Positions 28,903-40,423 of a DNA stretch of 64,000 nucleotides are shown here, piece after piece. The stretch spans positions 64,001 through 128,000 of the forward strand of contig CAVQUB010000005.1 in NCBI GenBank assembly GCA_963716725.1, given 5' to 3'. The notes under the pieces were generated by a model that was given only the letters and a program-made list of their open reading frames with translations, searched no databases and was not told the DNA's origin. Numbering within the stretch: the first letter of the stretch is position 1; every line of letters starts with the position of its first letter. The translations under genes were made by a program, and so were the position numbers. The stretch comes from an uncultured delta proteobacterium (lineage in GTDB: Bacteria; Myxococcota_A; Polyangia; Polyangiales; Polyangiaceae).

Positions 28903-30561
28903 ATGCGACCCAATCCCGGTGACGTCATCGGCGGCAAGTTCCGCATCGTTCGCATGATAGGCGACGGGGGAATGGGCGCCGTCTTCGAGGCGCGCCACGA
29001 GGTCTTGGGCACTAGCGTCGCGCTGAAGTTCCTGCACACGGAGCTCGCGCGGCGTCAGGGGTTGGCCACGCGTTTTCTGCAAGAGGCGCGGGTCTCGGCC
29101 AGCATCCAGAGCCCCCATGTCACCAAGGTCACCGACGTCGAGCAGACCGCGGACGGCACTCCCTACTTGGTCATGGAGCTTTTGACCGGCGAGTCGCTTC
29201 AGCAGCTCCTGGATCGCCAGCGCAAGCTCCCAAAGGATCAGGCCATCGACTTCGTGCTCCAGATCTTGTCTGGGCTCGAGGCCGCGCATGCGCTCGGCGT
29301 CGTGCACCGTGACCTGAAGCCGGACAATGTGTTCATCACTCCCAGCACCGGCGGTCCGGTCTGCAAACTGCTCGACTTCGGCATCGCCAAGCTGCGTCAG
29401 ACCAACGACTACAACAGGGGGCTGACCCGCCCAGGCGCGCTGATGGGCACTCCCGAGTACATGTCGCCCGAGCAGCTCTACTCGGCCGATCGCGTGGACC
29501 ACCGCGCGGATCTCTACTCCATTGGCGTGATGCTGTTCGAATTGCTCGCGGGCGAACGCCCGGCCATCGGCGAAGACGCGGCTGCCATCGTCGGCAACGT
29601 GATGGCCGGCAAGGTGAAGCGCCTCGACCAGCTCGATCCGTCTCTGCCGGGCGAGCTGGTGGCCGTGGTGCACAAGGGCATCGACCCGGACAAGGGCCGG
29701 CGCTTCCAGAGCGCGGTCGAGATGCGCTCGGCCATTGCACCCTTTGCTGGGCAGCTCTCTCACGCGGGCAAGCTCGCAGCGACGCCGGTTCCTGCCGGGG
29801 TTTCCGGCTTTCCTGAGCCCGCGGATCAGCCCGCGGCGCCGGCTGACAAGCCGCCGATCACCGCGGACGAACCTGCGCTCGATCCACCGAAGCCAGGAGT
29901 GGCGCCCACGCTGCCGCCCGAAGACGAGACGGCTCCGGCGCCGCAGCGTCCAGCCACGGTGCGCGACATGCCCGCGCAGGGCGGGACTCAAGAAGCCAGC
30001 AAAGATCTGATCGCGAACATCGCGGCCGAGAACGCCGCAGCTCAGGCGGTGCCCGTGGCGCCGACGCCGCCGGCCTACGCGTCGCGTGCGCCGGTCGCAG
30101 CGCCCTTTCCGGTGCCGCAGCAGTTTCCGTCGGCTCCCCGACGCAAGAGCGGCGGGGGAGGCGGGCTCGTGCTCGCGCTCCTGGGCGGGGTGGTGGTGAT
30201 TGGCGCGATCATCGGCGGGATCATTTGGGTGCGCCAGAACAAGGACACTTCGGGCGGCGACCAACCCATCAACATCGCGGGCACGACTCCGACCACGAAG
30301 ATGACGGGGCAAGGCCCGGCCTATGATCCGCAGCCCCAAGTCCCGCAAGACCCGCCGCCACAGACCGATCCGGGTCCTGGCCCCAAGCCCACGGCGACGG
30401 GCACCAGCAAACCGAAGCCCAAGGATGCCGGCGCCGACCCGGCGCAAGACGCTCAGAGCCCGATGCCGACCTGGCCGCTGCCCATGCCCAGCGGCATGCC
30501 GCCGATCCCCACGTTCCCGTTCCCGATTCCGGTCTGGCCACCGCCGGCGCCGAGCCAGTGA
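28903..30561 (+). CDS. Membrane Ser/Thr protein kinase with Pro-rich regions
   Basis: GDGGMG, VALK, HRDLKPDN, DFG, GTPEYMSPE; single TM. Confidence 0.95.
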   Translation: MRPNPGDVIGGKFRIVRMIGDGGMGAVFEARHEVLGTSVALKFLHTELARRQGLATRFLQEARVSASIQSPHVTKVTDVEQTADGTPYLVMELLTGESLQQLLDRQRKLPKDQAIDFVLQILSGLEAAHALGVVHRDLKPDNVFITPSTGGPVCKLLDFGIAKLRQTNDYNRGLTRPGALMGTPEYMSPEQLYSADRVDHRADLYSIGVMLFELLAGERPAIGEDAAAIVGNVMAGKVKRLDQLDPSLPGELVAVVHKGIDPDKGRRFQSAVEMRSAIAPFAGQLSHAGKLAATPVPAGVSGFPEPADQPAAPADKPPITADEPALDPPKPGVAPTLPPEDETAPAPQRPATVRDMPAQGGTQEASKDLIANIAAENAAAQAVPVAPTPPAYASRAPVAAPFPVPQQFPSAPRRKSGGGGGLVLALLGGVVVIGAIIGGIIWVRQNKDTSGGDQPINIAGTTPTTKMTGQGPAYDPQPQVPQDPPPQTDPGPGPKPTATGTSKPKPKDAGADPAQDAQSPMPTWPLPMPSGMPPIPTFPFPIPVWPPPAPSQ

Positions 30562-31355
30562 GCGCGACCGTTTCGCGCCAAGACCACCTCGTGACTCGCA
30601 AAGAACCCTCAGCCGACTACGTGCGGGAGTTCGCCGCCAGTATGTCGCGTGTTTATCGCGCTGCCCACGGCGAGGCCGAGATCCGCGAGCATGCCGGGGC
30701 CGCCACGCGCCGCGGTGGCGCGGCGGTCAACGTAGAGTTGCTCGCACACACCCACGACGCGCTTCGTGACACCCGAAGGGGTGGAGCGCCTGGCGTGATG
30801 TGCGTGGTCGCCGACGACCGTCCCGGTCTCTTGGCGACTATCAGCGCGGCATTTGTCCTGGCGGGGCTCGATGTCATCGACGCTACCGCCCACACACGTA
30901 AGACCTCCGGCGGGCGGCGAGAAGCCGTCGACATGTTCTGGGTGCGCTACACCGAGCCCGCCAAGCGATCCGAGCGCGTGGCTGCCGCAGACGCGGAGGC
31001 CGTTGCGCGCGTGCTCGTCGATTTGCTCGAAGGCAGGCTCGACCGCGAGGTGGCCTCGAGGCGCTCGGTGGGCCCGGCGCCCAAGGCCAGCGAGACCAAG
31101 GTGAGGTTTGTCGAAAACGAAGACGGCGAGCTGGCGACGCTCGAGGTCGAGACCGACGACCGCTCCGGACTCCTGCTCGCGCTCAGCCAGGCGCTCTTCG
31201 ATCAAAAAGTGCAGATCGTCGAGTCCGCGGTGAAGACCGAGGGCGCGCGCGTGCTCGATCGCTTTCAGATCGTCGAGCTCGACGGCAAGCCCATCCAGCC
31301 CCAGCGACGGCTGGAGATCCAGGTTTCGGTGTTGTCTGCGATTCAGGTGGGGTGA
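30558..31355 (+). CDS. Stand-alone tandem ACT-domain protein (GlnD C-terminus-like)
   Basis: DDRPGLLATISAAF...DVIDATAHT...AVDMF; TLEVETDDRSGLLLALSQAL...AVKTEGARVLDRF; GTGA overlap with the kinase gene. Confidence 0.8.
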   Translation: MSATVSRQDHLVTRKEPSADYVREFAASMSRVYRAAHGEAEIREHAGAATRRGGAAVNVELLAHTHDALRDTRRGGAPGVMCVVADDRPGLLATISAAFVLAGLDVIDATAHTRKTSGGRREAVDMFWVRYTEPAKRSERVAAADAEAVARVLVDLLEGRLDREVASRRSVGPAPKASETKVRFVENEDGELATLEVETDDRSGLLLALSQALFDQKVQIVESAVKTEGARVLDRFQIVELDGKPIQPQRRLEIQVSVLSAIQVG

Positions 31356-31424
31356 GTGCGGTCCGGGGCGCGGGCCCACTGGCTGCGGTTGGACTCACCA
31401 CGAAGTCGAGCCAAGGGCGCGCTG

Positions 31425-32147
31425 CTACCTCGGGCGCTCGTCCCGAATGGCTCGGAGCTCGTCGCCTTGGGCGACCCTGTTCTCGAATTCGGGATCGAAG
31501 CCGACCCGCGCGAGGGCCCTCGCGAGGGTGACGTTGGTCGTCGATCGATAGCGTGATGCGAGCTTGCGCGCGCCCAACGCGCCTAGGACCGAGAGCGCGG
31601 CGTCTGCCGCGCCGGAACCGATGCGTTCGCCCAAGCGACCGTCGTCGCGATCGGGTCCGGTGATGAACGACGGGCGCGCCAGAGTGTGCGGCAGTCCCGA
31701 GTCCCGGATCTCGCGCTCGAGTCGGGCGCGCACACTCAGGTAGGCATTGTTGGTGTTCGGTGCGGCGCCGACGCTCGACAGATAGACGAAGCGCGGGCGA
31801 AGGCCCGAGGCCACGGCCGCCCGCAAGAGCAGGGCGGTGAGACCGTAGTCCACGCTCTCGTAGTCGTCTTGACCCCCGGACGCGCGACCTCGAGCCCTGG
31901 TGGTGCCGAGCAGGGCGTAGACCACCAACGGGCTGTGCCGACGCAGCGCCTCGAGCATGGCCGCGTCGTCCCAAGCCGTCGCGTCGACGCTGGCGCCGAG
32001 CGCTTCGAATCGGCCTCGCCACTCGTCGCGCCGCGACGAGTCGGGGCGAACGTGGGCCACGACCCGCTTGCCCGACTCCGCGAGCACGCGCACCAGCTCG
32101 CGGCCCGTGTATCCCGTTGCTCCCGCTACGAACGCATCGACCTTCAT
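31425..32147 (-). CDS. NAD(P)H-binding atypical SDR oxidoreductase (YraR/TIP30-like)
   Basis: VAGATGYTG, LLGTT, VDYG, YLSSVGA, YLSVR, ARPSFITG; ATGA overlap with the GT gene. Confidence 0.85.
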   Translation of the reverse strand: MKVDAFVAGATGYTGRELVRVLAESGKRVVAHVRPDSSRRDEWRGRFEALGASVDATAWDDAAMLEALRRHSPLVVYALLGTTRARGRASGGQDDYESVDYGLTALLLRAAVASGLRPRFVYLSSVGAAPNTNNAYLSVRARLEREIRDSGLPHTLARPSFITGPDRDDGRLGERIGSGAADAALSVLGALGARKLASRYRSTTNVTLARALARVGFDPEFENRVAQGDELRAIRDERPR

Positions 32148-33277
32148 CCGCGACTCACCGCCTCTCGATACACGTCCAGCGTCGCCCGGGCCGCGCGCTC
32201 CCAGGAGAACTCGCGAGCGCGCCGCAGGCCCGCTTCGACGAGCCGCGCTCGGAGAGCTGCGTCGGAGTCCAGAGATCGGATCTTCGCCACCAGATCGTCG
32301 TGACTGTAGGGATCCGCGTGGAGCGCCGCGTCCCCCGTCACCTCGCGGACCGCCTCCGCGGTGGACGCGAGCACCGGCAGCCCGAAGCCCATGGCTTCTA
32401 CCGCCGGCAGCCCGAAGCCCTCGTACAGCGACGCGAAGAGCAGCATCTGGGCGTGAGCATAGAGCGTGAACAAGACTTCGTCGGTCACGTGGGGGATCGT
32501 CACGACGAGACGTTGCACCTCGGGTCGCGACAGGAGCTCGGTCATCTCCGGGTCCACTCGGCTGAAGCGCCGGACGAGCACCAGCTTGTGATCGCTTCGC
32601 GTGCCCATGGCCGCGACGAAAGCGCGGATCATTCGCGGATGGTTCTTGTAGGGCGAGCCCTGCCCGACGATGAGCGAGTAGCGCACCCCGGGGGGTAGCC
32701 AGGCGTCGAGGCCGTCCCGCGGTCCCCCTCGAGAGCGATCGTGTCGCGAGGGATCGAAGCCATGGTGCACGACCCGGACCTTGTCTGCTTCGGTCGGATA
32801 GACGCGTCCGATGGCCCGCGCGGTCGCCTCGGAGATGGCGATGACGCGCCGCGCGCCGCGGATCGCGCGGCCGAAGTTGGCGCGGTACCAGAGCCCATTG
32901 ACGAGGCGCACGGGCAAGAACGCCGAGGCGAGCTCGGGCGCTTCGATCCACATCAGGTCGTGGACCGTCACGACCCAGGGGCAGCCGAGTCCGAGCGGGA
33001 CGATGTCCGCGGGCGAGTGGAAGAGGTCCCACTCGGCGAATCGATGGCCGAGACCCAGGGCAAACACCGTGCTCGGGCTCTTGGTTTCTCCCGGGAAGAC
33101 CAGCTCTTCTGCCCGTTCGTGCTCGATCAGCGGGCCCTTTGCGTCCGGGTGCCGGAGTAGCAAGAACCGGAAGCCCTCGGCCATTGGGACCATCTGGCGA
33201 AGGAGCGCCTCCAAGGTATTGCCGATGCCGCTCTTCCTCCCGGAGAGGGTTCGGGCATCGATGACCACGCGCAGCAC
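32144..33277 (-). CDS. Glycosyltransferase family 4 (GT-B)
   Basis: VVTVHDL, IAISEAT, PYKN, SLYEGFGLPAVEAMGFG, EVTGDAA, FSWE. Confidence 0.93.
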   Translation of the reverse strand: MLRVVIDARTLSGRKSGIGNTLEALLRQMVPMAEGFRFLLLRHPDAKGPLIEHERAEELVFPGETKSPSTVFALGLGHRFAEWDLFHSPADIVPLGLGCPWVVTVHDLMWIEAPELASAFLPVRLVNGLWYRANFGRAIRGARRVIAISEATARAIGRVYPTEADKVRVVHHGFDPSRHDRSRGGPRDGLDAWLPPGVRYSLIVGQGSPYKNHPRMIRAFVAAMGTRSDHKLVLVRRFSRVDPEMTELLSRPEVQRLVVTIPHVTDEVLFTLYAHAQMLLFASLYEGFGLPAVEAMGFGLPVLASTAEAVREVTGDAALHADPYSHDDLVAKIRSLDSDAALRARLVEAGLRRAREFSWERAARATLDVYREAVSRG

Positions 33278-33367
33278 GACGCGGCCGAGGCTAGCGCATC
33301 TTTGGATGGAATCGCGGCACTAGCGCGGGGTTTGCGCGCCGGGTCGGAATTCGCTACCAAGAAGGCG

Positions 33368-34153
33368 ATGAGCGACGACGCCCCGGCGCCCAAGCAGACT
33401 CTCGAGATCCCCGAGCCCGCGCTCGATCCGCCGACGGAGAAGAGCGCTGCCGAGCCGGAGCCCGAAGCTGCCGCCGCCGAGCCAGCTCCGAAGAAGGTCG
33501 CCGCGACCGTCGTAGACGCACCGGTGCCCGCACCGCCCGCGGACGAAGCGCCCTGGGGCAAGGCCGGCAAGACCCAACCGGGTGAGCCCCCGCTCTTCGA
33601 CGCGCCGATGGGAGCGTTCCCGCCGGTGCCGGCGGCAACCTTCGCGCCCACGCCCTTTGCGCCGGCGGTTTCTCCGGGACCGCCGCCGGTCCGGGCGGCG
33701 ACGCCGTATTACGCGCCGCCTCCGCCTCCGCCGCGCGGTTCGAGTAGCGGTGGCCTGCTCATCGGCGGCCTCCTGGGCGTGCTCGCGGTCATCGGCGGGC
33801 TGATCGCCGTCGTGCTCGTCCTGAGGGGCCGAGACGACGAGCCGACGCAGACGCTCGCGGTGCCGACGGGTGGCGGGGGACCGGTGGTGATCGCACCGCA
33901 AGGCCCCGCGCCCGAGCCCGCCATCGCGCCAGCGCCGGTGGCGTTCGAGCCCGCACCGGCGGTGGCGCCGAACCCAACGCCCAAGCCCAAGCCGACGGCC
34001 ACGCAGAGCAAGCTGCCGCCCCCGCCCACCGCGCCCACTCCGACGGCGCCGGCGCCGCCGCCGCCACCACCGGCGACGACTCAACCCGATCTGCCGCCGC
34101 CACCACCCGCGAAGACCGGCGGTGGACGGCTGAAATTGCCTGGCAAGAAGTAG
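33368..34153 (+). CDS. Pro-rich single-pass membrane protein
   Basis: Acidic/Pro-rich N-terminus, TM LLIGGLLGVLAVIGGLIAVVLVL, Pro-rich C-terminus. Confidence 0.75.
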   Translation: MSDDAPAPKQTLEIPEPALDPPTEKSAAEPEPEAAAAEPAPKKVAATVVDAPVPAPPADEAPWGKAGKTQPGEPPLFDAPMGAFPPVPAATFAPTPFAPAVSPGPPPVRAATPYYAPPPPPPRGSSSGGLLIGGLLGVLAVIGGLIAVVLVLRGRDDEPTQTLAVPTGGGGPVVIAPQGPAPEPAIAPAPVAFEPAPAVAPNPTPKPKPTATQSKLPPPPTAPTPTAPAPPPPPPATTQPDLPPPPPAKTGGGRLKLPGKK

Positions 34154-34157
34154 CCGC

Positions 34158-34979
34158 TCAGTTTATCGCGGCGCGCATGCCGATGCCGAACCAGCTGTGG
34201 ATCTTGGGGTCGCGGATGTCGCCCGAGCGGTCGCTGTCGCCCAAGGCATCGCTCTTGATGCTCAGGCTCTCTTTCGTGAACTTGCCCATCGAGTAGCTGA
34301 CAAAGACGCCGTAGAAGTCACCGCGCGAGCGCACCTCGAGCCCAGCTTGGGCGTTCAAGTACTCCAAGCCGTGAGCGTAGTGGCGGACCGAGACCACCTC
34401 CGTCGATCCGCCCGTGGTCATCCACTCGTACCCCGCGCCGAGACCGATGAACGGAGTCACGTTTCGGTGTGGCTCAATGCGAAAGAGCACCATCGGTCCC
34501 CCGCGCAGCTGCCAGCCGGAGCAGCTCGCTTCGTCGCTGCAGTCGGGCATGACGTAGCCGCCGCTGAGACCGAGACCCACGAAGAAGAACGGCGCGGGCC
34601 AATAGCCGAACTCTCCACCGATGAAGATCAATCCGTCGACGTCGTCCGAGAATTTCTCGTTGCCAGAGTAGTCGCCCATTGGGAACGCAAACCCCAGGTG
34701 GCCGGCGCCGGCAAAGCCTGGTTTCCAGCGCTGCTCGCGCTGCCCGACGGGATCGGGCTTGGTGTTCGCGAACGGCGTGTCGTTCTCGAACATCTCAGAC
34801 TCTTTCTCCTCCTCGGCGAGGGCCTTGTCCTTCGCCATGCCGCGGTTGTCGAGCACGACGTCATCCTCAATCTTGTCCGGCTTGCCCGATTTCTTGTCGG
34901 CCTGTTTCTCTTCCGCGACCGCGTTGACCGCGAGGCCGAACACGGCGAGGCAGACCAGCAGCGTTCTGGTGCGAGACAT
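34158..34979 (-). CDS. Outer-membrane beta-barrel protein (OmpA/OmpW-like 8-strand)
   Basis: Signal peptide; TPFIGLGAGYEW, HSWFGIGMR terminal strand; TATGAT-N7-ATG. Confidence 0.75.
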   Translation of the reverse strand: MSRTRTLLVCLAVFGLAVNAVAEEKQADKKSGKPDKIEDDVVLDNRGMAKDKALAEEEKESEMFENDTPFANTKPDPVGQREQRWKPGFAGAGHLGFAFPMGDYSGNEKFSDDVDGLIFIGGEFGYWPAPFFFVGLGLSGGYVMPDCSDEASCSGWQLRGGPMVLFRIEPHRNVTPFIGLGAGYEWMTTGGSTEVVSVRHYAHGLEYLNAQAGLEVRSRGDFYGVFVSYSMGKFTKESLSIKSDALGDSDRSGDIRDPKIHSWFGIGMRAAIN

Positions 34980-34987
34980 GCCGCCGA

Positions 34988-37900
34988 TCATAGCGGGTTC
35001 GCCGGCCGGGGCGCAGCCTTCTCGCGTCGGACAGCAGGCGGGGGCAGGAGCAGGTCGGCGAGCACCGCGCCGGTGGCCGTCTTTCGCTGGGCGATCTTCG
35101 CTGGGGGACCTTCTGCGACGATGCGACCACCACGGTCGCCACCGTCAGGACCGAGCTCCACGACCAAGTCCGCGCCCGCGATCACCAGCGGATGGTGTTC
35201 GATGACCACCACGGTGTCGCCGCGCTCGACCAAGCGACTCAGCACATCCACCAGCTTGGCGACGTCGGCCAAATGCAGCCCGGTCGTCGGCTCGTCGAGC
35301 ACGTAAAGCGTCGGCAGGTGGCGGACGCTGGCGGTGAGCTCGGCGGACAGCTTCAGGCGCTGCGCTTCGCCGCCGGAGAGCGTGTGCGAGCCTTGGCCCA
35401 GGTGGATATAGCCCGCACCCAGATCCGTGAGGGTGCGGAGCGGCTGAGAGATGTTCGGGTGGTTCTCGAAGACGAGCGCCGCTTCTTCGGCGGTCAGGTC
35501 GAGGACCTCACCGACGCTGAGCCCGGCATATTTCACGTCGAGGGTCAGCGGCTCGAAGCGAGCGCCGGAGCAGGCGGCGCAGGGAGTGATCACATCCGGC
35601 AAAAAGCTCATCTCGTGACTGATCACGCCCTGCCCGTCGCAGGTCCCGCAGCGCCCGCCCTTTGGCGTGTTGAACGAGAACCGCGACGCAGAGAACCCTG
35701 CGACCTGGGCGTCCGGGGTGCGGGCCCAGATGCGGCGGATCTCATCCCATACTCCCAGGAAGGTCGCGGGCACCGAGCGCGGAGTCCGGCCGATGGGGGA
35801 TTGGTCCACGGCCACCGCTCGCGCGAGCTCGCCGAGGCCCGAGAGCCCGTCGTGGGCGCCGGCGGGGGCGCCAGCGAGGCCCAGCGCGCTGCGCACCGCA
35901 GGCAGCAGCACCTTCTGGATCAGCGTGCTCTTGCCCGAGCCGCTGACGCCCGCGATCACGCTGAGGCGACCCAGCGGCAGCGCGAGGTCGACGCTCTTCA
36001 GGTTGTTCTGTCGGGCCCCGGTCAGCAGCAGTCGGGGCGCCGAGCGCGAGACAGCCAGCGCCGGGCGGATCCGCGCCGGTTCTCGCAGCACGCGTCCCGT
36101 CGGCGAATCGGGGTGGCCAAGCACGACGCGGGGTGGACCGCTGGCGATGACCCGACCGCCCCGGGCGCCGCCACCGGGGCCGAGGTCGATCAAGTGATCG
36201 GCCGCTCTGATCGTGTCGGCGTCGTGCTCGACGACCAGCACCGTGGAGCCGATGTCGACCAGGCTCCGGAGGTTGTCCAGCAGGCGCCGTGTGTCGCGGG
36301 GATGCAAGCCGATGGTGGGCTCGTCGAGCACGTACAGCGCTCCAGTGAGCCCCGCGCCGAGCTGGGCCGCCAAGCGCAGGCGCTGCATCTCTCCACCCGA
36401 GAGCGACGCGGCCGCGCGATCGAGCGATAGGTAGTCCAGGCCCACTTGCATCAGGAACTCGAGCCGACGGACCAGCTCCGTCGTCACGGGGCCCGCGACC
36501 TTCAGGGCGTCACCATCGAAGCGCCAGCTCTTCACGAGGGTGAGTACGGCCGCGACCGAACGCTGGACGACCTCGTGGTAGCGCGTTCCGTGCACGCGAA
36601 CGCCGCGTGGCAGCGCTGCCAGCCGCGCGCCGGCACACTGCGGACAGGCCTGGAACACCGGCTCGGGTTTGGTCTTCTGACCACGCCGGCGCTTGGCCGG
36701 CCGCTCGACCAGGCCGGCTCCTTCGCAGGTCGCGCAGCGCCCTTGGGCGGTAGCGAAGGAAAACCAACGCGGATCGAGCTCGGGCACCGCCAAACCGCAA
36801 CGCGGGCACGCACTCTGGATCGAGAGCAAGCGCTCGCTTCCGTCGGAACGCTTGAGCTTCACGGCGCCGCTGCCCCAGCCCAGCGTGCGTTCGAGCAACT
36901 CCCGGGACAGCGCCCTGGGTCTTGGGACCTTTGCCATCGAAAGATTCGATGTTGTGCTCGACCGTCTTCTTGAGCTTGGGAGGCTCGTCCGTCGAGACCA
37001 GCTCGCCATCGCACCACGCTCGCTCGATGCCGTCTCGTGCGGCGGCGCTGAAGACGTCGAGATAGAGGCCCTTCCTGCCTCGCACCACCGGGGCGAGCAG
37101 CTCGAAACCGCGCTTCTCCGCGCGGGCCAGGGCGAGCACTGCGTCGGTGTTCGTCCGCGCGATGGGTTCGTCGTGATCGGGGCAGTGCGGTACCCCGAGC
37201 TTGGCAAAGAGCAGTCGGAGGTAGTGTGCCACTTCGGTCACCGTCGCCACGGTCGAGAGCGCGCCTGCGCGCTGCGTGCGCTGCTCGAGGGCGATGGAGG
37301 GCGGCACTCCGCTCACTCGGTCGACGTCAGGGCGCGGCATCGTTGGCAAGAACTGGCGCGCGTAGGGCGTGAGCGTCTCGAGAAAGCGCCGCTGGCCTTC
37401 GGCGAAGACGACGTCGAAAGCCAGCGTGCTCTTGCCCGAACCGCTGGGCCCGGTGACCACGGTGAGCGCGCCGTGGGGGATCTGCACGGAGATGTCCCGC
37501 AGGTTGTGCTCGCGGGCACGCTCCACCGAGAGCGCGCGTTGGGTGGTTGAAGCGCGAGCGCGCTTCTGCGGCAGGGGCTTCTGACCCCGCGCCGCAAGCG
37601 CCTGGCCGGTGCGGGTCGGCAGGGCGCGGATTTCGGCGGGGGATCCGAGGCCGACCACCTCGCCGCCGTCGGCGCCGGCACCGGGGCCAAGATCGATCAC
37701 GAAATCCGCCGCCGCCACCAGATCGAGGTCGTGCTCCACCACCATCACGCTGCCGCCGGCTTTCAGGATGACGTCCAGCGCGCCGAGCACCGCGCGGACC
37801 TCGTCGGCGTGCAGGCCCGCGCTGGGCTCGTCCAGGATCAAGAGCGCGCCCCGGTGATCGTCGGCGAGGACCCGTGCGAGCTTGAGCCGTTGCGCCTCGC

Positions 37901-40325
37901 CCCCGGACAGGGTCGAGAGCGGTTGTCCCAGGCGCAAATAGCCCAGACCGAGGCGCGCCACCGGGCCCAGCGCGCGCGCAATGGCCACTTCCGGAAAGCG
38001 TTCGAGAATTTCGTTCACGGTCGCGTCGAGCACGTCGGAGATGCTCATGTCTCGGTGCCGGATGGCGAGCACAACGTCTTTGAAGCGCCGCCCCCGACAG
38101 ACGGGACACACCAGCCGCACGTCGGCGAGGAACTGCATCTCGACGGTCTCGAAGCCTTCACCTGCGCAGGTGTCACAGCGCCCGCCCTGGACGTTGAAGG
38201 AGAAGTGCGCGGGCGAGAGCTGCCGGGCCCGCGCCGCAGGCTCTTTGGCGAACGACGCGCGGATGAAGTCCCACGCCTTGGTGTAGGTGGCGGCGTTGCC
38301 CCGAGAAGTCCGGCCGAGCGGCGCTTGGTCGACCAGCGCCACGCTCTTCAACTGTTCGACCCCGTCGATCGCGTCGTGGGGGCCGGGTGCCTCCACGTCG
38401 AGGGCGCCGAAGTGACGCGCCAGCGCGCGATACACGACGTTCACCGCCAGCGTGCTCTTGCCCGAGCCGCTCACGCCGGTGACAGCGACCAGCACGCCCA
38501 GCGGCACGTCCACCTGGACGTTTTTCAGGTTGTTGGCCCGAGCGCCCCGCACGCGGAGATGTCCTGTTGGCACGCGCAGGCTGGCGCCGAATTCGCGGCT
38601 GGTGGACGCAAACGCCCGCTGAGTCGCGCCCCTGCGTCGAACGACCTCGCTCGGCGTTCCGTCGGCCACGATGGTGCCGCCGGCCGCGCCCGCGCCGGGG
38701 CCGAGTTCGATCACCCGATCGGCGGCGCGGATCACCGCCGGGTCGTGCTCGACGATGAGCACGGTGTTGTCGCGCTCCGCGAGCTCCGTGAACAGGTGAG
38801 TGAGGTTCTCGACGTCGCTGGGGTGCAGGCCCACGCTCGGTTCGTCGAGCACGAAGAGCGCGTTGTGCAGCGAGGTGCCCAGGGCCGCGGTCAGCGTGAC
38901 GCGTTGGGCCTCGCCGCCGGAGAGCGTGCGCGCTTGGCGATCGAGGGTCAGGTATCCGAGGCCGACGCGCTCGAGATATGCGAGCCGGCTCGACAGCTCC
39001 CGGCGCGCGAGGTCGCCCTGCCCGGTCCCCGCGCTCAGCGTGGCGAAGAAGCGGCTCGCTTGCCGGATCTCCATGGCGTGCAGCTCGCCGATGTCACGCC
39101 CTCCCACGTGATAGGCGAGCGCCAGGTCCCCCAGCCGTCGGCCCTGGCAACGCGCGCAGAGATCGTAGGCCCGGTAGCGGGAGAGCAACACACGAACGTG
39201 CATCTTGTAAGTGCGGGTCTCGAGCCAACGGAACCAGCCGAGCACTCCGGGGAAGAGCCCGTCGTTCCAGCTGCCGTCGCCGGCGAGGATCAAGCTCCGC
39301 TCCGCGTCGCTCAGCGCGCTCCACGGCACGTCCATCGCTATGCCATGTCGCCGGCACAGCTTGGCGAGCTCGCTGCGCTCCCAGGTCGTGCTCTTGCCGG
39401 CCCAGGGTCGGATGGCGCGCTGCTTCAGCGTGCGCCGCGGGTCGGGGATCACCTTGTCGAGATCGATGCCGATGGTGCGACCGAAGCCCTTGCACTCGGG
39501 ACACGCGCCGAGGGGCGACTCGTAGGAGAAGAGCCCGGGTCGGGGCGGCTCGAGGACGCGCGCGCACTCCGGGCAGGACAGCCCGCGGCGCAAGGTCCGG
39601 CGCTCCTCGTCCAGGAACAGTCGCGCGACGCCCTCGCCGCGCTGCCAGGCTTGCTCGACGGCGGACGCGACGCGTTTCTCGTCTCGCTTTCCCATCGCCA
39701 CGCGGTCCACGAGCACGTCGAGCGTCGCGCCGGAGCCGAGTACGCTGGAGGGTTTGATCCGATCGAGGTCTTCGACCTGTCCGCCCACGACGAGCCGCCG
39801 GTAACCGTCGCGCGCCAGCTGCTCTCGGACTTCGAGGTAGCCCTCGACGCCGCCGTGCACGCGGAGCGGATAGCTGATCAGCGCGCGGCGTCCGCCGAGT
39901 TCCTCGAGCAGGCCCCGGGCCGCTGCGCCGGCGTCGAGCGCTCGGGCCGGGACGCGGTGCTCGGGGCAGATCGGCACCGACTCGCGCACGAAGAGGGCCG
40001 CGAGGTAGGGCTCGAGATCGGCCATGGTCGCGACGGTGGAACGCGAGCTCTTGACCGGTGCGCGTCGGTCGACGGCGATCCCGGCGGGCACCGGATCGAG
40101 CGAGAGCATCGGCGGTCGCTCCAGCCGCTCCAGGAACTGGCGCGCGTAGGGGCTGAAGCTCTCGACGAAGCGGCGCTGTCCCTCGGCGTAGAGGGTGTCC
40201 ATCGCGAGGCTGCTCTTGCCCGCCCCGGAAACACCGGTCAGGACAATCACACGCCCCGGTTCCAGGTCGAGATCGACGCCGGCCAGGTTGTGCGTACGGG
40301 CGCCGCGGAGTCGAGTCGCGAGCAT
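34988..40325 (-). pseudogene. uvrA: Double-length excinuclease ABC subunit A (tandem UvrA, ~1778 aa) with a +1 frameshift at 36945-36946 (possibly a sequencing error)
   Basis: Four Walker A motifs ([32 protein letters not shown]), four LSGGE signatures, Zn fingers; removing one base restores ...EHNIDLSMAK... and joins ORFs 36510-40325 and 34988-37207. Confidence 0.9.
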
Positions 40326-40423
40326 TGCGCAGGGGCATAGGGCGACCCGAGCGAGAGCGCCAGCGCGACGCGGGAAATGAATGAGTTGCGCTTTGGCGCG
40401 CGAGCGGCCAATTTGCCCGGCCC

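Noticed and set aside
36930..36960. Programmed ribosomal frameshift in uvrA
   Set aside because: No X XXY YYZ slippery site or clear stimulator; a single indel explains it
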